From Callorhinchus milii (lineage: Eukaryota), in contig NW_024704743.1 of assembly GCF_018977255.1 (NCBI RefSeq), positions 69,504,001 to 69,568,000 of the forward strand: a stretch of DNA of 64,000 bases. Direction: 5' to 3'. The position numbers and the translations under genes are program-made. Below, piece after piece: positions 48,844-60,018 of the stretch. The notes under the pieces are model-generated. The model saw only the letters and a list, made by a program, of their open reading frames with translations. It was not told where the DNA came from and searched no databases. Each line of letters opens with the position of its first letter. Within the stretch, counting starts at the first letter, position 1.

Positions 48844-50502
48844 TTTATACCAAGATGCACATTGGATAAAATACATTTCAGCTATTTTACTGGAATCAAT
48901 AATCCAAGAAACAAGATTCATCACATTAATAGGTAGTATAGATGGCCTCACTGGAAGGGCAAATACTTAACACTAAAACAATGGATCAAATGGCCTTCTG
49001 CTTCTTCATGGATTTCTATACTTCTGTGATATACAGTGACATCTAGTGGCCATGGAGAATTTTGCTAAGTGCTAAAATAATAATAATCTTTTCATTTGAT
49101 AGAGCTCCTTGTTGTTGAAAAGTCTCAAAAGACTGCAAAGGATTTATCGTAAGGTGGAATTACTGTGCATTTTTCGGTGAATGCAGCAGCCAATTTGCAT
49201 ATAGCAATTTTCTGCAAACGGCCATGAATTGAATGACGAATTTTAAGTGGATAGTTGATTGTTGGCCTTGACACAGGGAGAACAACCTTTTCCCTTCCCT
49301 TCTCTTTTTGAATTGTACAATGGGATCTTTAACATCCACAAATGTGACCTTGATTTAACATCTCATCCGAAGGACAGCACCTCTGACAATGCAGTACTTC
49401 CCCAGCACCAAATAAACCTAGATAGTAAATGGTATTTTTTTATTCATAAATTAGTTCAACTCAGAACTAACATTCTGTATTCCTTTGAAATCATTCAGTA
49501 CTTACAGTTTGGGTAACACAAGTATTTTTGCAGTCATTTGAAATCAACATACTAAACTCTGATACTTTAAATTTATGGTGCAGCATTTACAATAGAAACC
49601 TAGAAAACACTTATAATAAAATTTATAAATCACATTTGTATTTATAGGCTCTGCATTTTGTGGGGAAAACGCAGCAGCCAATTCCACACAGCAATGTTCC
49701 AGTCATAGATTGAGGGACCAAATTATTGTTTTACTTTTGGAAGGGAATATTACCCCAGGAAAGCGATCCGCCAATCAACTAACAACCGAGTTCCTACTTA
49801 CTGCTAAGTAAACAGAGGCATGTGGATTAAGAAAATTTGCCTAAGGTTTCGCCCACATTGTACCTGGGTTCCCTCGCTTGTGAGGCGAATGCTCTAACCA
49901 TTACGTTACAGGTTATTCATAACAGGATAATTCCCTGGTCGAGTGGGCAAAACAGCTTGATTCAATAGCTTTCTATGCCAAGGGATTTTCAGCATAAAGA
50001 AGATGGTTCAAAAGATTAAAATAGATTACGGTATTTTAAAAGAAAACCAGATGCCAGTGTAACGACTAAGTATAATGATAACCACATAGCGTAGCATTTC
50101 TCCAACTAAGACCATCCTGCCCCTTGGGGCTTCGGCTTGGAAGATTGAGGATGTGTCTACACCTCCCAAGTCTGCCGTTAATCTCTCTGCCTGGCCAGGT
50201 GCATCGCTTCACGATCAGATAAACCCAGAGCAATCTCGCTTCGTTCCCTCTGCCTCACAGCATTGCCTGCTCCAGCGCTATCTCTTCCAACGCCCCCGTT
50301 CACCGTGGACACAGATGGGCATTTGGGGAAGACTAGCGTGCAGGGCGATGGAGCGCGCGGGGGGGTGGGATTGATTTGGGCAGCTCTTTTCGAAGAGCCG
50401 GCACGGACACGATGGTCCGAATGGCCTCCTTCTGCGCTGTATAATTCTACGATCACACCTGGAGTTGCCTATCCCAACCTGCCCCAACTCCTCTCCCATC
50501 GT

Positions 50503-50808
50503 GGAGTCCTGTAGCTCAGTGGTTAGAGCACTCGCTTTGCAAGTGAGAGACCTGAGTTCAATTCCAGTCAGGGCGAAACCTTGGGCAAGTTTCCTTACTC
50601 CACACAGAGCCTAATAATAATCCCTCCAAAACCCAAAAAACAATAATAAATTGGTCATTTTCAATCTACGACTGTTTGTGGGACATTGCTGTGCGCAATT
50701 GGCTGCCGCGTTCGCCCACAAATATACAGTCAATTCACTTTACAGTGTGTTCTGTGAAGCGCTTTGGGACGTCCTCCCGACGTGAAAAGCGCTATATCAA
50801 ATGCAAGG

Positions 50809-50846
<38 letters not shown>
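50503..50846 (+). mobile_element. Young SINE, full length, long (TTA)n tail, inside the OXNAD1 CpG island
   Basis: Near-consensus copy with CpGs retained and ~12 TTA units. Confidence 0.96.
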
Positions 50847-51266
50847 CACACCCCCAGCCATCGCTGCAGAGAGGAGGAGGAGAATGAGACACCAGCTTCC
50901 GGCTGTCAACGCGGCAGCTCCGCCCACTCCGCCGTAGTGACCACCGTCCCCCCCCCAGATCACATGACAATGGCGGCGCCTCAGGTGGCTTCCGATTGGG
51001 TGCCAGTCACTGAGTTCCCCCGGTCAACCTCGCACCCTTTCCCGGTTGACCCGATCATGTGACGATGACGCCGGCGTCCTGTTAGCCGCGGGCCGGCGTC
51101 TGAGAGGGGCCGTGACGTTGCGGGCGGCGCGTGGTGGGACGGTTGGTATTTGAATCGTTGGGAGGCTCGAGAGCGCAGAGATACGACAGGAGAGAGACAG
51201 AGAGAGATAGAAGAGGAGGACGCGGCTCACACTCAAGTCACTCACCCTCTCAGCGAGCGGTCGGCC

Positions 51267-51376
51267 ATGGTGGTGGCCGCTGCTCTTCATCCGCTCTGGA
51301 GGAGCGCTGTGACGGTGGGGAGCTCCTGGCTGCTGCTGCTGCGGTCCCATGTGGTGTGTCAGTCCGGGGTCGCCAG
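51267..51376 (+). CDS. OXNAD1: OXNAD1 first coding exon, probable mitochondrial transit peptide (MVVAAALHPLWRSAVTVGSSWLLLLRSHVVCQSGVA)
   Basis: Strong Kozak gccATGG inside a CpG island. Donor AG|gtgagc (phase 2) joins in frame to the 57543 exon. The peptide is Arg/Ser/Leu/Ala-rich with no acidic residues. Confidence 0.75.
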
Positions 51377-51537
51377 GTGAGCTGTGGCGGGCGGTGTGGG
51401 TAAGGGTGAGGGTGTGGGTGTGGGGAGAGAGCTCGGGGTCTGTCACTGCAGCAATCGAAAAGTTTCTTTAAAAAAGTTTAAAAGTGCACTTTGGTCTCTT
51501 GATGGTTTACATTTCCTCCTCCTCCTCCTGCTGCTGG

Positions 51538-51568
<31 letters not shown>

Positions 51569-52505
51569 GTAATGATCCCTTCAGAATAAATCGGTCACTT
51601 CAATCCACGACTGTTTGTGGGACATTGCTGCGCACCGTTGGCTGCTGTGTTTCACCCACAAATATACAGTCAATTCACTTTACAGTGTGTTCCGTGAAGC
51701 GCTTTGGGACGTCCGCCCGATGTGAAAAGCGCTATATCAAATGCAAGGATTATTATTATTATTATCTTGACCGTGTGATGAGGCGCTGTATCAAGTGCAA
51801 GCAGTATTACTACTACTAAATACACCCAAATTCAAATCAGATGTCAGCCTGGCTCAGTGATCGCAGTCTCCTCTGAGTCAGGTTGTGTTTTTTTGGTCCG
51901 CCGGGTGTCTGACATGTGGAAACCCATCACCAGGCTTAAGTATATCCAAACTAACCTGAGATTTCCATGCATCCCAAATACCCATGGAAATCCCAGAGAT
52001 AGATTGTTGGAATGGGATGCACACTCTCTCCCTGGAGGGACGCTTCCTGATTACCTAATTCCAGAAAATATTAGGCGCACGTTGGCGAGAGCCAAGGCTT
52101 GGGGACCCCAGAGTGTGGGTTGGGGTACGACTGGAGTCTAAGCAGCTGAAATTGCATAGCTTGCCATTGGTATTGCTGTCCGGCAAGTTTTCCCACTGCT
52201 TGTCCTGCGAGGACCACCCTACCCGTTGGAGCTTTGGCTTGCAGGGCTAACAGGATTACGCCTCATGTCCGGACTTTGAGCTCACATTCTGGTGCAATGC
52301 TGGGGGTACGCTGTATTGTCAGAGGTGCCATCCTTCACTTAAGATGTTGAAGTGGACAATAATGATCCAATTGGCACAGTTTGAAAAGACAGGAGTTTCT
52401 CCCATCTCTGTGTCTTGGCCAACAATTCCCCAATATTGATCATTCACTTAATGATTGTTTGTGGGACATTGCTGCATGCAAGTTGACTGCTGCGATCACC
52501 TCCCA

Positions 52506-52827
52506 AATAATAATAATAATAATCCTTGCATTTGATATAATGCTTTTCACGTCGGGAGGACGTCCCAAAGCGCTTCACAGAACACACTGTAAAGTGAATT
52601 GACTGTATATTTGTGGGCGAACGCAGCAGCCAATTGCGCACAGCAATGTCCCACAAACAGTCGTAGATTGAAAATGACCAATTTATTATTGTTTTTGGTT
52701 TTGGAGGGATTATTATTAGGCTCTGTGTGGAGTAAGGAAACTTGCCCAAGGTTTCGCCCTGTCTGGAATTGAACTCAGGTCTCTCGCTTGCAAAGCGAGT
52801 GCTCTAACCACTGAGCTACAGGACTCC
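52506..52827 (-). mobile_element. Young SINE nested in a DeuSINE (host ~51842-52936)
   Basis: Full-length reverse copy; aaata occurs on both sides and is a possible TSD. Confidence 0.93.
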
Positions 52828-55800
52828 AAATATGCTGTCATTGCACTTTACAATAAATCTTGTGAAGTGCTCTGAGATTATTATTATGCCTCAACAATGT
52901 TAATAGGCACTATGTCAAGTGCAAGTTTTATTATTAGGTTTATTTCATCAACCAGGTGTCTAATGCGTGCAGAAACCCATTACGAGCTTCATAACCACAT
53001 ATGCATACCATCTCCACATAGATATTTCCCTGTGTCAAGAATCGAACGTGCACTCACTCCCTGGAGGGATGCACAATACTTACTAATTCTGAAGACCATT
53101 AGTTTTAGGCTGGAAAAGCTGGAGTTTAATTGGTAAAACTGCATGATTTGGCATTGAAAGTATTGTCTGGTAAGCTTCCCCCTGCTTGTCCAGGTAGGCC
53201 CACCCTACCCATTTGGGATTTGGGTTGCAATGTTGACAGGATCTGAGTAGAAAGAATCCCTGCCCAGTGACTGGTCTACCCCTCCAAATCCTACTGATGA
53301 GCCAGGCTGGTTGGTGTGTCATCAGTAGTGCCTGAAGTGTTGCGATACCATCTGGGTCAGGAATCAGGCTACTTAGACTACCAAAAAGCATTGACTTGAT
53401 TCTGACATTTCATTGCTCATTTTGTTTGCTGTCTAATGAGCTGCTGATGCCCACTTGGTGAGGAAAGATGGACCAGGCCATCAACTTATCTGTTGTTTTG
53501 GAAACTATTTAGGCACATTCTCTATATTTTTAAGAAAGATCATTCATTTTCAACATTCATATTTTGGAAATCTGTTGAATTTCAGATTTGTTTCTTCTAT
53601 CATTTCATTCAGATAAACATTTTGAAATTAATTATGCTATCTTTTTCTATTTTGTATGAATTTGTTTGAAAGAAGCTTAGTTTTTCCTGAAATTGACCCC
53701 CTTAATATTCTTAATCAATCATTGTTTTGTAAAATTATTAACATGTTTGGTAGAAAATTCAGAGATTGAGTTTATTAGGATCTTAAGAGCTAATTACAGG
53801 TAGAAAATTTCATGGGTAAATTCCACAATAGACTAAAGTGTACCTAGTTTATGGAAAGTGGAACATTATCATGTTTAGTGTTGCTAGTTTTCTTCTTCTT
53901 TAGTTTTACTGTTATATTATAATCTTGGTAGTTTGTGACATTTTGCATTATTTGGGCTTCAACTTAAGACATAAAGAGGGAAGAAGTTTGAAGAAACATT
54001 TTTTATGTTGTGTTTTTACACAAAGAGTTGTTATAAGGGAAAAAAATCCTGTTGAAGCTGAGTTCCTAACAAAATTGAAAAAACAATTGACTGCTAAACT
54101 GACTAAATATTTTCTGGCAGATGATGTTTTTGATTAGTTTTACGCACTATTAATACTGTATTTGTGTGATTGTTTGATATCTGCAATGTTCATGCCTATA
54201 TTGTAAATATTTGCCTTTCTGTTGTAGATCCTCCTGGAAGAATTAGTACCAGTACAATGGGCCTCGGCCTCCTATATTGCTATAAACATTTTACGATTTA
54301 ATGTTTTTTATATAGAAATTCACTTATGTTGACTGTGCTGCACCAGCAACACACTAGAGTGTCAGCCTAAACAATGAACTCAAGTCTTGGTGGCTTGAAC
54401 TAACAAACTTCTGATTCAGAAGTGAGAGTGTTACCTATTAACCAACACTTGAAGTGAACGTGAGCATCTTATAATAGTCACTTGAGTATTGAGATAAAGT
54501 TTCAGGCCTTGTAATCCTCAAGAATTTGTCAGTTTACAATGCTAAGCAGGGCTACTCTGTTATAAGGTGGTTTGCTAGAGCCTGCTTACAATACAAATGA
54601 CTGAGGACTCCTGATTATCAACAGGGAGTACAATTCTGGCACAAAGCCATTGGCTTCTACCATAATTCTATCATAATCCTTGCATTTGATATAGCGCCTT
54701 ATCACATCGTTGAGATGCCTCTAGGGTTTCACAGACTCTATTGTAAAGTGGAGTGAGTGTGTGTATTTTGTGGGTGAAATGTGGCAGCCAGTTGCGCACA
54801 GCAGTTTCCCACAAACAATCGTGCATTGAGTGACCACATTTTTTTTCTTTGAAGTGATTATTACCCCCGGAGAGCGATCCACTAATCGACTAATAACCAG
54901 GTTCCTATTTACTGTTAGGTAAACAGAGGCATGTGGAGCCCATTCCTGTATTCACAGGAAGTTGATTAATCCATGCTGGTTGTGATGCACAACCTGGAAA
55001 CAGGACCAGTGTAGTGTTTAAATATGGACCCATAACACCTTGTCATAATATACAGTCACTTTGTACAATCAAAATCCCGTCACCTTGCACATTTTCTCTG
55101 CCTTTAAAACCATCCTGAAAGCCTATTTCTGAAGTTTCTTTCAGTTATCATCCTCTTTACCCCTGCACTCTCCGATTTGTTATGCACACTGCCTCTGTAC
55201 AGAGCATTGAGGCAATATCTTGTGTGTGAAAGGCACTATATATGTGCAAGTTATTATTCATATATCTAAGCACTATGCAAGGGCAAGTTGCTTCCAATAT
55301 ACACAGCCACTGCATTTCAGAAAGTGTGGCTCAGTTGGTAGAATTCTCACCTGAGTCAGAAGTTTGTAGGTTCAAGCCCTACAGTAGGACTTGGAACTTG
55401 TATAACAACAACAACTTGGATTTATATAGCGCCCTCCACGCCGGACGGCGTCTCAGAGCATATAGTTTAGGCTGATCCTCAAATGTAGTACTGGGGTGTG
55501 CTGCATTTTTGAATAAGACATTAAACCAAAGTCCCATCTTCTCATTCAGATGAATGTTAAAAGTCCCATAGCCTATTTGAAAAGAGAAGGAAGTTTCTCC
55601 CAGTATCCTGACCAACAGTCCCCCACAAAATATAGTTATGCCATTATTTGAAATAAAAAATTGTTACATAATATATCAATGTAATATTTAGGTTATGGAA
55701 CAATTATGCTGTTAGTCTACTATTTATTATAACAAATTCTCAGTAATGTGCTGTACAATAATAATTCTTATATGAACACAGACCAGCATTTCACACCTTA

Positions 55801-57542
55801 GCTTGTATTTTTTGTTCTTCCTTTCCGCCATTCATTTCTTATCCTTGAATTTTTGTTGCTGATGATTATTGATACAGCCAGCATACAAGTTTAGCATTGG
55901 TGCAATGAGTTGAGTTTGTTCTCAAAACTCAAGTCTAGTGTTCTCCATATTCAATTTAAAAATGACGTCTCTCAAAATTTTAATTTTATACAAATGTTAA
56001 AATATTTCCTAAATTAGATCTCTCATGCTTTCAAAAAAAAGTGTCACATTAGCTGAAATAATTAGCTGGTGACCATTTCTTATGTTGGATCATTCACTCC
56101 AGAATTCAGACATTCCAGATTTATTCAATGGACAGTCCCCATCCCCCCCCACCCCCACAATGCTTACAAAAGCCTCAGGTCGTGAGGCTAAATAACGGTA
56201 TTGTCTGTGCATAATTGTCCATTATCTTTGAAAGCAAATGACTTGGAAGACCAAAGAAACCAAATATTCGCATAGATATAATTCTCGCCTCTGTAAAGGA
56301 CAGTGTTTCTGTGCGAAATCCATTGGTTTCCAGGTCCGTTTGCATCATCTATTGGTATGTGTGCATATGTACAGTATTTGTGTAGAAGCTACAGCAAAAC
56401 TGTATCTACCCTACCATAGGTTCAACAATGCTGTTAAATACCTGATGGGAAAGTTGGTATGTAGTAAATAGCAAAAAGTTAACTTTGAAACTGAAGGTAA
56501 GTTGGAAGGCTGAAAGTGGAAGCGTTTGGGCTTTCTACTACTATATCTAACTTGTAGCATATTACTTACTGCATTCTGAATATCTTAAATTTCATATATA
56601 ATATATAAAAACATAATATGGAGACAATATTATATAAATAACTTCATAATTATTATATGCCTGAGTATTTTGTTGGTAAATGGTTACATGGTATTTTCAG
56701 GTAAAAATGTAATATTTAATATTTCAGTTACACATTGCAGGCACTGCTTAAACATGTACTTTGTTTAGAGGTCAGTGGTTCGTAATCTTGTGGTTTGACT
56801 GCCACTGACATTTACTACTAGAAAAGAGCTGGTCTCCAGTTGATCAAATGTACAAAAAACATAGAAACATAAAAGTGGTCCTGCAAAGTGTCTGTCTTTC
56901 ACTTATAACTTTTAAAGCAGAGTTGTTTTATTAAAAGAGCGTATTTTAACTTCACTTGCAGAAATTTCTACCCTCTTGACCATATTTGATATTTTTCCTT
57001 TTACTGTTGTGCATTATTCACAAAAATGTGTTGGTATCTAAATGTGGGATTACATCAAAATACAGTCTGATCTTGTCCTTGCTTAACATTCATATATGGA
57101 CATCCACCAACAATTGCTAGATAGACATAATAGGACAGAGTAGGATATGAAAAATAAAAAAGCTAATTTTCCGCTCTTTAACTTGGAACACTATGAGCTG
57201 ATTGTAAATCTTCCTCTCTCTGACTCTCCCAACTTAGATCAATTCAGCACAAACTAGGGATCAGGGAACTTCCTAATATGTATTGCTCTGCAGATATTGG
57301 ATACACATGCTAAACTAATTATCTATTTTTAAGTCAAGAATAGTTTTTGATTTTCAAGGTAATATTTTAGAGAGGCTGTAATGTGCTAAACATATTATTA
57401 GTATGTTACTCTTGATGTTTTGTGAGTTTGAATTAAGACAAAACTTTTACTGCATTATGTTATAATGAAAACTACATTGTATCTTTCAAATACAGTACAT
57501 GTATTCTTTCAGTTTTAATTTAACGTTTATTTTTATTTTCAG

Positions 57543-57609
57543 CAGGAAAATGTCATCAAGAAGGAAACCAGATCACCTGGAGAGAACAGTCAACAACTTC
57601 CGTCAACAG
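57543..57609 (+). CDS. OXNAD1: OXNAD1 exon (S-RKMSSRRKPDHLERTVNNFRQQ)
   Basis: Matches recalled OXNAD1 MKSKRKTDHMERTA. Polypyrimidine tract with a tandem cagcag acceptor; donor CAG|gtctgt, phase 0. Confidence 0.88.
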
Positions 57610-59231
57610 GTCTGTACAACTTGTATTTTGGAATAAGGGGGAGGATTTTTAGAATCCAAGTTGATTGTGTAATATAAATTGTGAAACTTTTCCAGTGTGG
57701 AATTCTCTGCTTTTAATGGGGTATTGAAGCGGTATTGTAAAAACAGTTTGCTGGAGAATTCAAACAAACTGGATCATCTGACATCCCAACAGAGCACAGA
57801 AGCTCGATCATTGTTTACTGACTCTGCTATTTCATTGATAAACCACCACCTTTTGCCTAGTTCATGTGTTACATATATACCAGTCATGTGATGCTGTTGT
57901 GTACAACTACAGTTACATGTGAAAGAAATGCATTTTTTTCAGAAAAAATGTAAAACTTAAAAAACACTTTGACATTTTTTTTGAAAATGTAAAGCTGGAA
58001 ACATTTCTGGACCGAAAAATATTATGTGTCCTGATACAAGTGTCACCTTTCACATTGGTTAAGTTGGTAGATAAAGATTTTACATTATTTAAAGGGGGGG
58101 CTTTCTGAAGCGAAGTTCATAACGTATTAACAATTATTGGACTGTTTATTTTAGATGTGTTAATATACTAGAATTGCCTTTGCTAGTTCACAGACCTTTC
58201 GGGAATATATTCATAATGTATTATTAATATTTCATGGAATATCTGCTGTAATTTGTTTTCGCCCTTAAAACAAATAATACTTTTCAAATTAACCAATTGA
58301 TAATTTGAATTTATCTTCTTAAAGTTAACCAATCTGTGTTACACACACACAGAAGTGTTTGCTTGGGTTGAAACATTCAGTGAAATTTAATGACTGTTTT
58401 TAAAAGGAAACAAATAATTCTTGCAGGTAATTGGAAACGTGATGGAATTCTTCAATCACAAATTTATTGTATAGAACTACAAAGATTTCAAGTAAATTGT
58501 TCAAAACATTTTTGTACAATCAAAATAAACTGAATTGTGGGATCCCCTTGCTTTAAGTGTAAATTTGTTGCCATGATCATGTCTGAAAGTATTAACTAGA
58601 AATTTTAATACAGTGCAAAGGATCAAGATTAGTAATTCTAATTTTAAGGTATACATTTTACAAACTGTATACTTTCCTCTCAGTGATTTATTTCGCGTTT
58701 CGCCCACAAATATACGGTCAATTCACTTTACAGTCATTCTGTGAAGCGCTTTGAAACGTCGAGAAAACATGAAAAGCTCTATATCAAATGCAAGAATTAT
58801 TATTATTTTGTTCACGGTGAAAGATGTTGATGAGAGAAATAGAAGCCTTCTACTTTGGGTGCTCATCGGGTATTGCAACATGTTATTGCAGAATACTTAC
58901 ATTGAAGAATATTCTTTAAAGTTGAATTGTTTTTTAAAGAAAGTGCATGTAATCTTAGTCACTTTAGAACTGCTGGTTTGAGGTATTGTTCAGGCACTGA
59001 TTTTTGTATGCAACCCCACTTCTCTTGTGCTGCTTCACAGTCTTACTCCAGTAACATCAGGAATGGGGAATTCAACTACAATGCACCATTTCCATGCTTG
59101 ACTCAGAAATTAATGATGTCTCATGGGAAAATTCTGAATAAAATTTGTGTTTATCTCAGCAGTTCTAAAGTATAAATCACGCCATAAAATGACTGAAAGA
59201 TGTTGAGAAGTGTACAGATGTTGAGAAGTGT

Positions 59232-60018
59232 ACCCCTCCAGTCCGGTTTCCGCCCTGCCCACAGTAGAGACTGCGCTTGTGAAAGTCACAAACTACATCC
59301 TCTCTATCTGTGACCAGGGCTCCCTCTGCCTCCTTGTCCTCCTGGACCTCTCTGTCGCGTTCGACACAGTTGATCACGCCATCCTCCTCCACTGCCTTTC
59401 CTCCGTCATCCACCTCAGTGGGACCGCACTCGCCTGGTTCGAATCCTACCTCACAAACCGCCAGCAGTACATCTGCAGAAACAGCTTCTCCTCCGGTTCT
59501 CACCGGTTACCTGTGGGGTACCCCAAGGATCCATCCTTGGCCCCCTCTTTCTGATCTATATGCTCCCTCTTGGGGATGTCATCCGCAGACGTGGGGTACA
59601 GACGGCACTGGCTGCCTATCCCAGAGAGGATCGATTTCAAGATCCTCACCCTTGTATTCGAGTCCCTGCACTCCTCTGCACCCCCCTCCCTCTCTGATCT
59701 CCTCTCCTCAAAACGGTACCCGTTGCCTTAGTTCCTCCGGGTCTGGCCTCCTCCTCTTCCCCCGAGTCCTCCGCTCTACCCTCGGCGGCCGTGCCTTCAG
59801 CCACTATGCCCCGAGGCTCTGGAACTGCCTTCCTCACTCCCTTCGTCTCGCTCCCTCCCTTCCCATTTTCAGGTCTCTGCTGAAGACCTTTTTTTTGGAC
59901 CACGCCTTTGGTCACCTTCCTCCCCCTCCCCCTGGCTCGATCCTGGGATCTGTTACTGTGAAGCGCTCTGAGACGCCGTCCGGTGGAGGACGCTCTATAA
60001 ATCCAAGTTGTTGTTGTT
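59232..60018 (+). mobile_element. L2-clade LINE, internally deleted RT plus 3' end
   Basis: ETALVKVTN…[15 protein letters not shown]…[11 protein letters not shown], then HWLP…GGRAFSHYAPRLWNCLP…LLKTFF and a (TTG)n tail. Confidence 0.92.

Larger units (their letters stand above)
50150..51450. promoter_or_regulatory. CpG island / OXNAD1 promoter (interrupted by a young SINE at 50503-50846)
   Basis: High GC and CpG density relative to flanks. ETS-like CTTCCGG 50896-50902, GC box CTCCGCCC ~50918, E-boxes TCACATGAC 50960 and TCATGTGAC 51055, YY1-like AATGGCGGC 50969. Confidence 0.8.

Noticed and set aside
50676..51062. Recurrent ORFs reading [47 protein letters not shown]
   Set aside because: These are chance translations of the young SINE; they recur only because the SINE does.
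53291..53328. CTGATGA in the unclassified repeat as a hammerhead core or snoRNA box
   Set aside because: No GAAA follows the stem in any copy examined, and the motif is just one arm of a hairpin.
54228..54300. Possible extra OXNAD1 exon after the acceptor-like ttgtag
   Set aside because: In the phase required by exon 1 it hits TAG after five codons, and exons 51267-51376 and 57543-57609 already join in frame.
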